The position numbers and the translations under genes were made by a program. The notes under the pieces were generated by a model, which saw nothing but the letters and a program-made list of their open reading frames with translations, was not told the DNA's origin and ran no database searches. A stretch of DNA of 53,787 nucleotides, counting the filler, from Sluysia triapertura (Eukaryota), in NCBI GenBank assembly GCA_046118255.1. It is 3 parts of 3 records of this genome, joined end to end, with 100 filler letters (N's around TTAATTAATTAA, not from the genome) between each part and the next. Parts side by side here need not be neighbours in the genome. Positions count along the whole stretch, not along the records: positions 1 to 20,013 come from JBJNIA010035484.1; positions 20,114 to 35,198 come from JBJNIA010239883.1; 1 more part is not named here. The stretch is one strand, 5' to 3'. Positions 11,890 through 25,593 of this stretch are shown in pieces (position 1 is the first letter of the stretch; each line of letters opens with the position of its first letter).

Positions 11890-13560
11890 GACGTTGATTA
11901 ATATAATTTATTGTGCTCAGTTTAATTGTGTATATAATTTATTGTGCGTTATTATATTATTTATTTATTGATTTTGTAATTTATTGATTTTACTTAATAT
12001 ATTATTTATGAACATTTATAAATTGTAATTTATTGATTTTGTTTGCAAAATAATTTTGATAATAATTCGGATTTATAATTATTTCGATTTTTAATTAATA
12101 CTAACGTAAGTAGTTTCTTTATATTATCAAACTTTAATATTTTTGTTTTAATTATAAAAATAATTAATTTTTGTTTTAATCTAGCCAAGGTCAGTTAAAT
12201 TAAGCATATAACCATCATATAAATGCATAAAAGTCACAACTTTTATAGTTTAAGAGATCACTAGTTTTTACAAATATTTCAGTTGGAAAAATGTACATTG
12301 AGAAAGGACCTGCCAGATTTTCTTTCACACAAAATATTTACGTTAGTTTATAATATTAAGTTTGGATACAATAGGTATCCTCGTAAAATTAACGAAAAAT
12401 AAAATTTTGTAATCAATTTTGAAACTTATAATAGTTTCACTCAAAATCCATTGCTAAATTATTACTTAAAGAATTAAATAAGATTAATTCTTCGCAACAT
12501 ATTTATCAATTTTTATATCTCCCTTGTGTTATATTGAGTGTATAATATAAATTTCTTGAGATTTCCTTATTATTAATAGTTAACTTCTATAGTTGTAAAT
12601 ATAAAATCACCACAGCAGTAAAGTTTTTTATCAGAATTTAATTCTGATATCGCAAAATCATTCATTAAATCATTTTCATAAGATTTGCGTAAACTATTTT
12701 ATAACCATTTTATTATTAATAAATTATATTTAAATTTCCTCCATAATTTAACTAAATTTGAGTATTTAAATTTTAAATTGTGATTTTGCGGGCAGCAAAA
12801 TATTTGAATAATCTCGTTGAGTTAAGAGTATCTTGATATTAAATTCGCAGACACTTTAGATAGAACTTTAGAAAGTTATTCCCATCTTTAGATAAAAAAC
12901 CTTTTCTATATAAATCTAATGGCTAGCCCTAACTGGTAAGCCTATTACGTTGGTGGATTCACGTAAAAAATCTTACTTTATTCTATAAGTCTCTTATTAA
13001 AATCCCTACATATACAGTTCTTTTCTTAAGGGGTACGACTTGAGCAACCTTACCCTAATATACTTTAAGGTGTAGATTTGTTATTATTAACAAAAATAAA
13101 ATCATTTTTTGCAACACTAGACCTTAATATGGCTAGTGAATTTGTAAATTCTTATATTGGTTTTCAATCTAGACCTTAAAAAGGCTAGAGCAATTATATA
13201 AAATCAGTAAATTGTTTTTATACAAAACTTTAAAGGTTTGTGTTCTTTATAATTTTTACTAAACTAGACATTAAGAAGGCTGGTGTAACACAATATAAAA
13301 TAACGTAATTTAAAGTAATGTAACATTAAATTTGTGAAGAGTTAATGCACTCACTTTAAGTTTAGTCTAAGTCTAAGTTCTCTTTGATAAGTTTAAATAT
13401 AAATGGTGGATATTAGGCGAATCGACCCTCAGTTATTTTCTGAGTTGTTAAGCTTTTAAGAATACACTTTAAAATGCAAATTTTTATTTTAATTAATTTT
13501 AAAAATATTAACCAGGAATTACGTATCACGGAATAATAATAATAACTAAAAACATATATA
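11890..13560 (-). repeat. Family D repeat copy (decayed ORF ~12200-13000, three hairpins 13115-13284)
   Basis: Homology to 6710-6810 and hairpin motifs shared with 9742-9960. Boundaries approximate. Confidence 0.5.
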
Positions 13561-16500
13561 CATGAATCTTATTTATTTATATTTATTTAAAGAAGAAAGT
13601 AACATCAACGCATTAACCTTTGAAAAAGATTTTCACTTATAAAATACTGATAGAATTAGAAAAAAGATATATCAAAAATTAAGTTGATGGTTATATGAAG
13701 AAATATAATGTTATAAAGTATTATTTTAAATGGAGATCTGTTTATTAAAAAGTACAAAAGAACATAAAATATAAAGTTAATTAATCAAATCAATCATTTT
13801 TACAAGATGAAAAACGTGACAAGATTTTCCAGATATAATTTTGGTAAGTTTCGCACCAAAAAGGAACTGAATGTATTTATATTGTGTGTTACTTGATTAC
13901 GGAAATAAGTGTGATTAAAAATGTATTTTATAAGCGAGCTAATTTCGCTTCCAATATTACAATAAAATTTTATCTACAAAGAATTATCTATTGTCTAATG
14001 TCATTGAACGGAAAACCGCGCATTAAATTCGAATTAATACTATTAAAAGATAAACGTCTTATATATTTTATACTGATTTAAGTTTTTGAGCATATTACAG
14101 TTTTGGTTGTGTTTTTCTATGTTAATTTTCTTATTTTGTGTAATTTTTTCCTTACAATTGATCTATAAGTTGATTACTGATTTACGATAATTTGATTTAT
14201 AATTTTTGCATTTCTTGGTTATAACATTTCTTTGGGATATATAAGTTTTTTTCATGATAATTCACATTTTTATATTAATTGTGATAATTGATTAATTTTA
14301 TTATTTGTAATTTTGATATTCTGAATTTTGAATTTAAAGTTATTAAAGGGATAAATTAAATTATTAAATTGAAATTAATTTAATTTAATTTAATTTATTT
14401 AATACGTATATTGAATTTGAAATCAATAACATAGAAAATATTATCAACTAAAAGAATAACCACTAACTGATATGGAAAATTGGTTAAGAAATGTTATGAT
14501 TTTTTGGGGTTTGGTTAAATTTGAAATGGATATAAGGGTTACAGCTTAAAGTAAAAGAATAAATTAAGTATTATTGAAGAACAAAAATAAAACATTACGA
14601 CGAATTGTGTTAATAGAATAAATGTATAAATCTTTTAAATCAATATAAAATATAGAAAGATACGAAGAAAGAACCATTTATAAGGCTTTACTTATTAAAA
14701 TATAAAAGTACATTTATTAATTAATTTAATTAAAATTTGCCTAATTTGATAACTCAGTGAAAAATGTTTGCTCATAATAAAATAAATTTTTATTATTATT
14801 CTTGATTATGAAGTGTTAAGAAGCACGTCGACACAGATAATCTAAAATTAAAATTAAGTTTAATTAAAGCATGTAATAAACTACCGCTCATGAAGATACC
14901 AACTCAAATATATTACTGAAATCGACGTGCGACGTAAGGTGGATTTCACAAGATTTCTATGAAAAATAAATTTCATCTTTAAGTTGATAAATTGTGTTAA
15001 TAACAGAATAGTAATAAATTTTGATTCAGTTATGTTGAAAGGATAAAGGGATTATTTATCACAAATCCTATTATCTTTGGGTAATTGCAGAAGATAATGA
15101 AATTTGACATAGACGGAAATTACTGATGAAATTTAATTACTAAAATTGGTCGACTTATGACCGACTAAAAAGAATGAATGTTTTATTTTGTAAAAATGGA
15201 AATGTTTCAAAATGATGAATTTTGTAGTATTAAATTTTTATAAGAGAATTAGCATTAATTTTACCTAATATGGATGGTATTGCGGTAGCAAAGGTTTTGG
15301 GTAGACAAAATGGGGCCTTTTTCGTTGATCGTATGCAGAATGAGAAAAAATAGATTACTGTCAGTCGTCAGTTTAGAAGATGTTATAGGCAGTTTATAAA
15401 TTAATTGAGTAAAATATTTATGATGAAGTGTAAATTTGAAAAGTTGATATTTATATGTTTGGAACGAATAATATGTGAAAATGACTTAAATAAGTAAATC
15501 GCAGATTAAAAGGTTTATGTAAGCGGGCTTGCATGAACAATGAAATAAGAAAATTGTGTGCTCGACTTGATGTTGTATACATCAAATCAAGAAAATCAGG
15601 TTGTTGATAGTTGTCTTTTGTTTCTAGGCACATGACCTATGATGAATTTTATTTGAATTTGTACTCTTATGTTGATTAAATTGCAATATAAAACGTTTCT
15701 TAATTTAAATATACAATAAGTGTATCGAAATATATTTATCGGTTTTAAGGACCATAAAATAAAGAAAACATAAGTTTTGATTAATCCATTATATACACTA
15801 ACAAAGTTAATATATAAATTACACGATGAATATCAAGAGTACTCGTAAAAAAGTATATATAAAAATAAAGTTTTTCATTAGATTCTTTAAAATTGAAAAA
15901 CACCATAAATCTGATGATAGAAGATTCAAAATAGTGGTGAGTAGAATATTTTCTAGAACAAAAGACTGGTGGAAACATAGGAAATATTTTTGAATTAGCA
16001 ATTAACATTAAAACATCATATAGGTTATTACAGTTTAACATTTCAAAGAAATAACAAGGAAAACTTTTTCTGCTGACACTATAATAAGTTTCATGATATT
16101 CCTCATTATAATCTAGTAAAACTTAAACATAAATATCAGGATTTAAATTAACACGACATCTATTCATATTTGATCGTTTTATGAATTGTATGTATTAGTT
16201 CACAGTTCGTATCATGAATAATTTCAGGGCTAAAACTTTGAGAGATTAATTTTGGTTTGAATATTGATTTTGTTAAATAATTTAGTAAGTACAATATTTA
16301 AATTTAAAATTAAATAATACAATTTACATAAAATTAAAATATATCTTCAATTATGCATTATAATTGTATGCTTTTTGTTAATAAATGTACATTAGTGTAT
16401 AAAGCGTTTGTTTTATTTCCGAATATGGCACTTTCAGACTACCTTAATTTTAGACTAGCTCTTCCACCGCAAACAAAGCTCCATGATTTAGAGATTGATC

Positions 16501-16949
16501 ATAAATTTATTCGATGGACAAAATTTCTAAGTAAAATTTATCCGTCGCATTTTAAAATCAACGTTGATAATATTTATGACTCTCCAAGTGATTATAAAAT
16601 TATAATTTTATAATGGTTTAAAATAAGTAATTTTATGCAAACTAGCAAAGTTAAAACTAAAAAGCAGTAATTTTTGAACTTGAAGTAAATAAATAAAAAT
16701 TTTATTGCAATTTAAGTCATTTAAATTAAAGAAATAAAATAATATAAAAAAGATTCTATCACCGATATATTATTAATTCGACATAAAACATACATTTATT
16801 ATTTTCATTTAATAATCAATGTATTGTTCAACTCTAAATTTCTTAAAGAAAATTAACGAATCAAAATCGAATAATCTTTCTTTCAATTTAAAAATGTTAA
16901 AGTGACTAGAATTATATATTTTTAACTGTTATATTAAATCGTTTTTTAA

Positions 16950-17435
16950 ATGAATGAAACTTTAAATCTATTTGGTAACAAAAGTTCTCTTACGCGATAT
17001 TTATGGATTATACATTTAATTGTATTTTTGATGGTTATATGTTTCTTTGTTGGTTCATATTTACATTATCGTTGGAAATCACGAAAGAAGCAACAAGCAA
17101 CATTTTATCAATTCTTAAAATCACGCCAAAGTCGTAATGTATTCAACAGAATTATTAATGATAATATACCAGTAACAAGTTATGCACCTAATCTTGACTC
17201 TGGAGCTATCTCTGAATCATCTATTAATATACAGAGTAATATAAGAAGCGGTAGTGCATTCGTAGCTGATAAAGATGCTTTTTTTGATGATAAAAATAAA
17301 GTGTTTATATCCAACTTAAATTATAAAAATCTTAATCAAAATAACAAACCTTACAATATTGCAGGATGCAGTGGTTTTAAGCCAAAAATTTCAATGTTCG
17401 TTGGAAAATCGTTTCAAATAAAATCAATGGAATAA
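16950..17435 (+). CDS. Single-pass membrane protein of unknown function, 161 aa
   Basis: Longest ORF in the track, intact. AAATG start context, N-terminal NET sequon, hydrophobic segment LWIIHLIVFLMVICFFVGSYL followed by basic RWKSRKK. Confidence 0.6.
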   Translation: MNETLNLFGNKSSLTRYLWIIHLIVFLMVICFFVGSYLHYRWKSRKKQQATFYQFLKSRQSRNVFNRIINDNIPVTSYAPNLDSGAISESSINIQSNIRSGSAFVADKDAFFDDKNKVFISNLNYKNLNQNNKPYNIAGCSGFKPKISMFVGKSFQIKSME

Positions 17436-18368
17436 AATCAATGTTTATTTATGGTTATATTGAAAATGAAATGCAAAAACACTTTAATCCATTCATTTAT
17501 CAATGACCAAATCGTAATAGATTTAATTTTATAGATTTGCATATTTTTAAGCTCAAATTTTCAAACAATTCGTTTGTGGAATGTAAAGGTTTTCTATTTG
17601 TATTAAGCATATAAATCAAATAAATACAAAGTACATTTTAAATAGTAAATGATAACAAAATTAGACATCATATTTTTGATATTTTAATGTGCTTTATGAG
17701 CTTGGATAAATTGCCTAATTATTATTTTTTTCATAAAAAATTTTGACTTCTAATTCTATTATTTTAGTTTTTATTGATATTTAATTTATTTCATTACATG
17801 TCTGCCTTTACCTATTTATTCATGCATCATTAATTTAATTCTTTATAATTTAATGCTTCATTATTGCATTTAGATTTATTTTGTAAATTTTGTTTTACAA
17901 ATAAATTATTTGGTTCACGATGAATTTTCTAATCTTCTACGGTATTTATGTAAATAAAAATATAATCATATTCTAGATGAAAAGGGGCAGGATTACTTTG
18001 GCGTTAATCATATATTAAAATTAGTTTCTTACATTCTAAAAGGGCCATTATCTAGAAGTCAAGATTGTATTCGTACCGTTAGGATAGATGTGAAATATGA
18101 ATTTTTATAACTAGTTCGAACTTTTATGTTTTACTGCAATTATTGCAGAGTTTGATATATGCAACGTTAAAATGACAGTTGTGAAATTCCTAAGTAATAC
18201 CAGTATTAATATGATAATTATAACATTCGCAAACAAAAGTAATATCCACGCTTAATTCTGCATTAAGTTTAATTTTATCCTTCTGGGTATTTTTTAACAC
18301 ACATTTAAACTCTAAAATTTTTAAGATTGAACCTGAATTTTAATTTACATATATGATGTGCAGTTTAA

Positions 18369-20013
18369 TGTAGTGAACTTAAACCCTAAACATAACAATC
18401 ACAAACAAACTTCTACTCAAAGTAAAACAATTCCTAGAAACTCAACAAATTACATAACATAACAGAGTTATTCGCAATTCAACAAATTTTTTACAATAAT
18501 TGGAAGATCTCATGTAACACCTTATGTTAAAGAATTACATTCGTAACCAATAAAAGCAAGAATAGAATTCAAAATCATGACAATAATTTACAAATTCTTA
18601 CATTTTACGGAAATCCTGGATATCTTTTAGAAATAATACGAAAATGGGAAACCAAGATGAATATTTCATTGAGGCATGATAATCTATACAGAATCCACAG
18701 TGATAACAAGCTAGCTGATAGGTTGTATACTGTTTATGTCTCAAAAATATACAACCAATTATCAGAGAATGTCAAATTATTGGAAGAAATGAGAGCAATA
18801 TAAATTAATATATTATTATTAACAATCATAACAATGATAATAGTACACACATTAACATTTACACTTTGCTAGTGTTTTTCTTAAAATGACCACTAAATAA
18901 TTAGATTATAATGACAAGGTTTGCCTACAGTTAACGAATTTATGCTTAACACGATGTTCCTGTAGGATTTAGTTATATTTAAACAAGGGTCTGTAAAACC
19001 TAATTTTAGAATTTTTCTACTAAAAATATTAGCTGTAATTTGAATTCTTATAATAGTTTCTTCCAATTACTATTATTCTTAATCTGTCTCTCAAATGAAT
19101 TCAAAGAAAATTATTTTTACTTTCTTATCGTGATTGATCTGGGAAAATATTGTTGGGATTAGAAGATGAGTAAGAGACACATATAAACACAAATTTAAGG
19201 ATGAATCGATACGAAGTGATAGACTGAACATTATAAACATTGTAGGAATAACAATCATGAAAGTAAAAATACCTATAATAATGTTAACAGCTGAAGAATA
19301 CCTTAAAGTTTCAAAGACCGATATAAGGTGTCAAGACTTTGTGAAAGCTTGAAACGGACTTGGAGGTATTAGAGTACCTTTGAGTTTGTGAACAGTGAGA
19401 TAATCTGAGACCCTATTAACCTTTAGGTATTCTTGATAAGAATCTTTGTTCTTCGAGTTAAAATCTTTACAATCTTTAAAATAGTTGAGAAATAAAATCG
19501 TTGTTATTGGTATTAAGAATAAATTTAGTATAATAATAATTAACATGAAGAAGTAGAAAAAGGAATATAAGCGGTGAAGTTGAAAACATCTTGAGCCTCC
19601 TGAATAGCTTTATAACCTCAATAAAACCTTTAAACATAGAATAAGATTCACTCTAAGTAGATTACGTACGTTTTTGTGAATAACTTTTGAATTTTTTTTC
19701 TGTTGAATTTGAAACTGTGTATGTATTTGTTTTGAAAAGACCTTTCGATGAAGGTATGGTTGAACCGAGTTCATGCAAAGAAGCCTTAATATTGAGCAAA
19801 GTCAAATATTAATTAATTTTTAATTATGGAATGTTGAATTTTTTATACTTAGAGTGATGCAAATGTAATGAATGGAGTATGAGATGATTTCTATGAAAGA
19901 GGAGAATCTATAAGTGAACTCGAAATGTTTTTAAAGTGGTTCGTTTGAGAATAAGAACCTTAAAACATTTTTCATTAGAAAATTTGGTGTGAAAAATAGA
20001 AAATTAATTAAAT
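18369..20013 (+). mobile_element. Family B LTR-like element with a nested L2 fragment and an antisense family C gene; truncated by the gap
   Basis: TGTAGTGAACTTAAACCC start and G-poor arm that resumes after 18820. Minus-strand hydrophobic ORF pieces (19331..19546) and family C homology at 19560-20013. Confidence 0.55.
18470..18820 (+). mobile_element. L2-clade LINE, 3' end of ORF2
   Basis: HVTPYVKELHS*PIKARIEFKIMTIIYKFL from 18511 resembles L2 HITPxLxxLHWLPVxxRIxFK. Also IYNQLSENVKLL and a (TAT)n tail. Confidence 0.75.
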
Positions 20014-20113
20014 NNNNNNNNNNNNNNNNNNNNNNNNNNNNNNNNNNNNNNNNNNNNTTAATTAATTAANNNNNNNNNNNNNNNNNNNNNNNNNNNNNNN
20101 NNNNNNNNNNNNN
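20014..20113. other. Assembly gap with synthetic TTAATTAATTAA six-frame-stop linker
   Basis: 44 N + TTAATTAATTAA + 44 N; identical at 35199-35298. Confidence 0.95.
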
Positions 20114-20478
20114 TAAACATCATATTATTATTTGTAAAGGGCTTATTTTATTACAAAATATTTAATATAGTATTATCGTGTTATCGCCCTAAATGAACTT
20201 GTATTCACCACCGCCCCCTGGATCCTTGCAGCGCCCACTTTGGGAATCCATGATATAGTGTTTTCATTATTTATCTCAAAAATGTATATTTGTGTCTCGG
20301 GAATCTTGATATACTTGATACAAAGTGCGTTATCGAATTCAATCCACACGTAGCTGCTTTTCGCACCGAAAGAGTGAAAATTTCAAGAAACAATACTTGG
20401 ATCTGAAAATAACCGAACCACAAACTTAAATAAAAATTAGATATCAAAAACGACAAATTTAATAAGTACATATAGTAT

Positions 20479-20750
20479 TTATAAATGTTCAAAATGTTCA
20501 CCTTGAACTTTAATACAAGAACTACTTCTTTTGACAACACCGCGACATACGTTATGGAAAGTTTCCTCTGAAATTTGGTTCAATTCGTGCTGAATACTTT
20601 GTTTTAGTTGATCATTTGTCCTAGGATTTTTATTATAAACTGGTTCCGGGGATCTAGAGGGCATTCGATTGGTCTTCGGCGTCCAGGAAATGTTTCAACA
20701 CCTTTGGAGTATTGCGCAGGTGCTCCATCTTGTTGAAAATGAAGGTCACT
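20479..20750 (-). mobile_element. Tc1/mariner transposase C-terminal fragment
   Basis: HFQQDGAP (~20718-20741), PSRSPE (WPPRSPDL-like, internally deleted), VYNKNPRT and terminal CIKVQGEHFEHL*. Confidence 0.85.
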
Positions 20751-22056
20751 TATAGAACACATTATTAAAAATGTTTTAGTTGTGATTTATATTTTTTAAT
20801 TTCAAACTTTACTCACAACCATTATGTACTTCCAAAGTTAGACCACTAAAAACATTATAATAATAATTATTATTATTACATTGTAAGTTAAAAGTCGGAA
20901 AGATAAGATACGTAAATCCTTCCAATTTTATTAAATTATTTTAATAAAACCTTTTAGTTTTATTGAGAGGATTTATAATTGTATTTAATTTTTTCTTTGA
21001 TACTTCAAATAGTGACCATGACATAAGCATAATATATTTTCTAAGGAAATTAATCGCTTTTAGAAAACTCATTAAGTATACTATTGTTTTCGGTTTCATT
21101 TTTCGTGATTTGCATATTACCGTTCCAAAATTTTCTTTGATTTAAGGGCATAATTAAATAATAGTCTGGACGTTTTCTACGAATCATTTCATTTACGAAA
21201 CCAAATAGTCTATATAGCCAATCAAAATATCTGGACACGTTTTTGTTTATTGATTGCATTACGAGATATTTAAACGATGTACAAACCAAACAAAAACATT
21301 ACACATTCTATTACTATTCTAGCTGAATCCATTTAAAATACTTTTTAAGTTCACATACGACATTGTATGAATTAATTTTTTGTTTGAGGTAAACATAATT
21401 ATTTAATACTTCATTTAAACTTTTAAAATAACCAATAATTCATTAACCTTTTCCTTTCATTTAGGTATCTCCTAAGAATATTAAAAGGATGCATTTTATT
21501 AACTCTTACAATTTTTAAATTAAGTTTTAAATTAAGTTTAAATAAAGCAAATATTCATTCAGATCATACATTGTATTGTTTGACTTCGTACTCATTGTCT
21601 AGATCAACTATCGTTTTCACTCTTTCTTTAATTTTATTATCATTTGTTTTCCTAGTTTCTAAAAATGAGTTAGATTAACATTTTATTACCCTCTAAACAT
21701 TTTCTTTTTCATATAAATCTAAAGTTAATATTTTAAAAATTGCATTCAAAGGTATCGTTTTCAATTCAAAATACAAATCCTTACCAAATTTATTTGTAAC
21801 TACATAACACCAATGTTAACTTGAATTTAACCAATTTTCAATAATCAATTTTAGATTATTTTGATTTGTACTTTTGGTATTGCTTAAGAATTAGAGTTAC
21901 CCAAATTGTGTAATAAGTACTTATCAATAAAGACTGCATACTGAATCCCAGTCATTTATCTACTTAGTTGAATTAGAAAATCAATGTCAAAAAACATGTG
22001 AAATGCAAATAAGTGTACTAAAAATTAATAATCTTTAATTTCTTTAATATACTAAC

Positions 22057-22314
22057 TTCTTTTACTGTTTTAGGGGGTACTAATTGAGCTCCCATTTCCC
22101 ACATTTTCTTGCGTAAATTTAAAATTGAGAGACAATCTTGTGACATATGTGTAATTGTAGTTTTATCTTCCATTGCCCAAAGCAAACAACTTAATTTTCG
22201 ACCATTTCCTAAAGTTTCAGATTCACAAATAACATTTATTTCTCGACGACATGCTGCATATAACTGAGGATCTGCATGAACATCAGCAAATCCTTCTTTC
22301 AATACATTAAGTAT
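22057..22314 (-). CDS. GLG1: Golgi glycoprotein 1 (cysteine-rich FGF receptor/ESL-1) exon, last Cys-rich repeat
   Basis: ttgtAG|ILNVLKEGFADVHADPQLYAAC...GNGRKLSCLL...DC...RKKMW...VPPKTVKE|GTtagt, phase 0. Resembles vertebrate VLNMLKESKADIFVDPVLHTAC...GRGRQMSCL...RIEMW. Confidence 0.9.
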
Positions 22315-24373
22315 CTACAATAAATATATATATTTATTAATCAGAACGTGAGCAAGCGCAATAAAAAAAACTTAAGGATTTATTACTTACAAAATTCTAA
22401 AAATGTTACTTTAAAAATATCTTTTTTGATTAAGCAAAATCAAGAATTTGATGGTGATTAAAAAATTTAAAACAATTACTTAATAATTATGAACGTCAAA
22501 TTTCTTTTATCTAAAATTTTCTATCAATTAAATTGAGTTATAAATATTTGAACTCAAATAATAACAAATAAACGTTACTTTGAGTCAAGCTAAATTTAAT
22601 TTCTTAAATCGTAGATGATTAGTTCTGAACTCATCTCTGCCTGTAGAGACAGAAGTGCAAAGTCTAACATTATATCAGATTTCCAAATATATTTTTCTAA
22701 ATCCGAAAAGTAGCTATTTACGTATGCGAAAATTTATACTATGAAAATTTAAACAATGAGATTATCATTATCCGAAAAATAGGACTTTGAAGTAATATTT
22801 CAAAGCGTAAATAATTCGTTTGACCATGTTTTTACTGATTTTAACACTAAAATAATCTAACCTTCAAAATTGCTAAGTTTATTTATTAAAAAATTATGCT
22901 AAATTATGTTTGGTATAGACTTATCGAGTAAATTTGAAATAACAAATTTCTAAATTCAAGAATGTTAACGTGGGTTACTGAGAAATTTTGGTTTAATTCC
23001 TAAATTGATAATTAAAAAATGGGTGAAACGAAGAAAGAATATTCCGACATTAGAAAGAAAAAAGTAGACTTTTATAAGGATTCATTTAAAATCAATAAAT
23101 CAAACATTAAAAATATTCGTTCGGATTCAAGTTCGAAGGTCTTTCATCATTATAGAAAAATTTAAAATAGCGAAATTTTAAATTTTCATTTACTAAGTTC
23201 GTTTTTAAATATATTTCATTATTTGTAGCAAAATCTATCACATTTTTAATAACTAATTTCAAAGCAGAAGGAAATATTTTTATGGAAATTTTATGGAAAA
23301 TATCGTGTAAATTTTAAAAAGCTTTAAAATGATTTTTAGTAGCTTTAAAGAGATTTTCAATCCAATATTTTTCATTTATTACTAATATCATTTGTTGATT
23401 ACTATTTTCAACGGGAGATTATATAGTAATTAAAATGCTTAATAAACTTAAAAAACGGTAATTTGAAAATGGAATATTTCAAAAAAATACATTTAAAAGA
23501 CAATAAAAGAAAAATAAGAAAGTAGAATAGGCAAAACATCATAGAAATAAAGACAAAAATTAATAACGGACATAAAAACAGTTATATTGTAAAATATAAT
23601 AAAGACGAATGTAAATGTAAATATATCATATAAAAACCATTATATAAAAAATCACAAATCAAGCGGATAAAAATGTAGCCTAAACTATATTATAGAATGT
23701 GATAACTATTATATAGAAGTAACAATATTATTTATTGTTAAACCAAATAAATTTTCTATTAAAGCTTTATTTGTATTTCTACGAGAATATCAGACTCAAA
23801 TTCGCATTGCATTTAGCATTTGCATCTCTGACAATCTAGAGACAAATCAAGCGCATAACGTTAACACTTAAACAGTTTGTAATTTGTAACGAATTAAAAA
23901 TATAAGATCCTAACTTTATAAATTGAAATCGGATGAATAAAAATAATTAAACATTAAATTCTTTAATAAATTTTTAATAAATGAATAATAAATGTTTAAT
24001 AATGAATAAACTTACATTATTATAATATTGCCAATTATTTGTAGCTTTTCCAGTGATATTTTAAATAACAATAAACTGGTTGGAAGGTATTTTAATTTCA
24101 TGCAATAAATCGTTTTAATGAATTTGAGAGGTAATTATTATCTTCCGAATAAAGATCTACAGTTCTAATGTCATTATTGTAATGTATTTTTAAATTTTAA
24201 AAACATGAATTACGATTTTAAGATTATTTTATAAGAACATATTCAATTTGGTCTATGTAATTGTCATATTTAATCAATAATAGTCATATTCAGTCTTTCA
24301 TTAAGCTGAATTTGAAAGGTATCGAAATAATTTAATGATTTCTCAACACGATAATTGGTATAAAAATGATTAC

Positions 24374-24562
24374 CTTAGATGCACATTCTTTATTATTAAT
24401 ATTTCTATCTAAATAGTTTCTTTTTAGACATTCTAATACTTCCGTGGGTGTGTGACGATTGTCATGTTCTAAATATCTGAGACATAAATTGTTAATAGAA
24501 TCATGGCATTTCTCTTGAAGGAATGGGTCCAAATGAAAATCTCTATTAGAGTCTACTATAAT
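24374..24562 (-). CDS. GLG1: Golgi glycoprotein 1 exon, penultimate Cys-rich repeat
   Basis: tttAG|IIVDSNRDFHLDPFLQEKCHDSINNLC...EVLECLKRN...KECASK|GTaatc, 189 bp, phase 0. Splices in frame to 22314. Confidence 0.9.
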
Positions 24563-25593
24563 CTAAATAAAAAATATCAATGTGCTGTTATTTTAAAACC
24601 TTTTATTACATCTTATGAATAACACTCATTCCATAGTTCAATTTTCATCTTAGCGTGACTTTAAAGTTTAAAAATTGATATAATATAATTACAACTAATA
24701 CATTCATATAAATGTAAATTTAACTAAAATGACTAAAATAACTAAAATAGTATAGTTATTATAGAATAACTAGAATTTATTAATATCGAAATTTATAATA
24801 TAGTAAAATTATAATATAGTGTGAAATTAGAATTACTGACTATAGTATATTAACTATAGTATTTATTAATAATGGAATAATTATTGTGTGATTAAATTTA
24901 TAGTATAGTAAATAAATATTGGAATTATTGAAATCGAAATTATGGAAATAAATAGTATTGGAATTTATTATATATAAGGACCAACATTACCACAATTATT
25001 ATCAGTTTTATATTGAAAATACTGAAAACTTACCACAATTATTATCGGATTTGTAACAATTCCATTGATGACTATTGTTAGGTTTTTAATTATATTTGAT
25101 TTAATTGAGGAGAAAGAGAATTCAACAATACAAATTCAACAAATTAATATAAAATAATACTTAAAATCACCATTAAATTACGAGTGGTATCCTTAACTTT
25201 GTTAAACATATTTTATTATATAGTTTTGTGTGTATCTTTTTATTCCGTTTAAGTTCAGGAAAGGATAAAGTTTGAAATTTTAAATTTATAAAATTTCGTA
25301 AATTTCCATCTTGTACATCTGAGGTGAGCAGAGACTTCAACCTTAAGATAAACTTTGACAATTTTAAAGAATAATTTAAAAAATATAATAGAAAGTCAGT
25401 AAATAACAAAGTAAAACTAAAGATCAGATCGCGAGCCCTTACACTCTCTTCAACATTCTCTTCATCTTCACTTTCAGAATCCGATAAAAATTTGCAGCAC
25501 CTTCATGCATAACATTCAAACATTACCATGCTAACTTTCTTCATTGTCTGAAAAATTACTTCAATATAGAATTTTGCTTGCCTGAACTCACTT

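Noticed and set aside
20058-20069. TTAATTAATTAA palindrome inside N runs (also 35243-35254)
   Set aside because: Identical 44N+12+44N construct at both gaps; a synthetic scaffolding linker.
21050-21340. SARIVIEC...FG resembling a Harbinger/HARBI1 motif
   Set aside because: Only one partial motif; no other DDE motifs seen.
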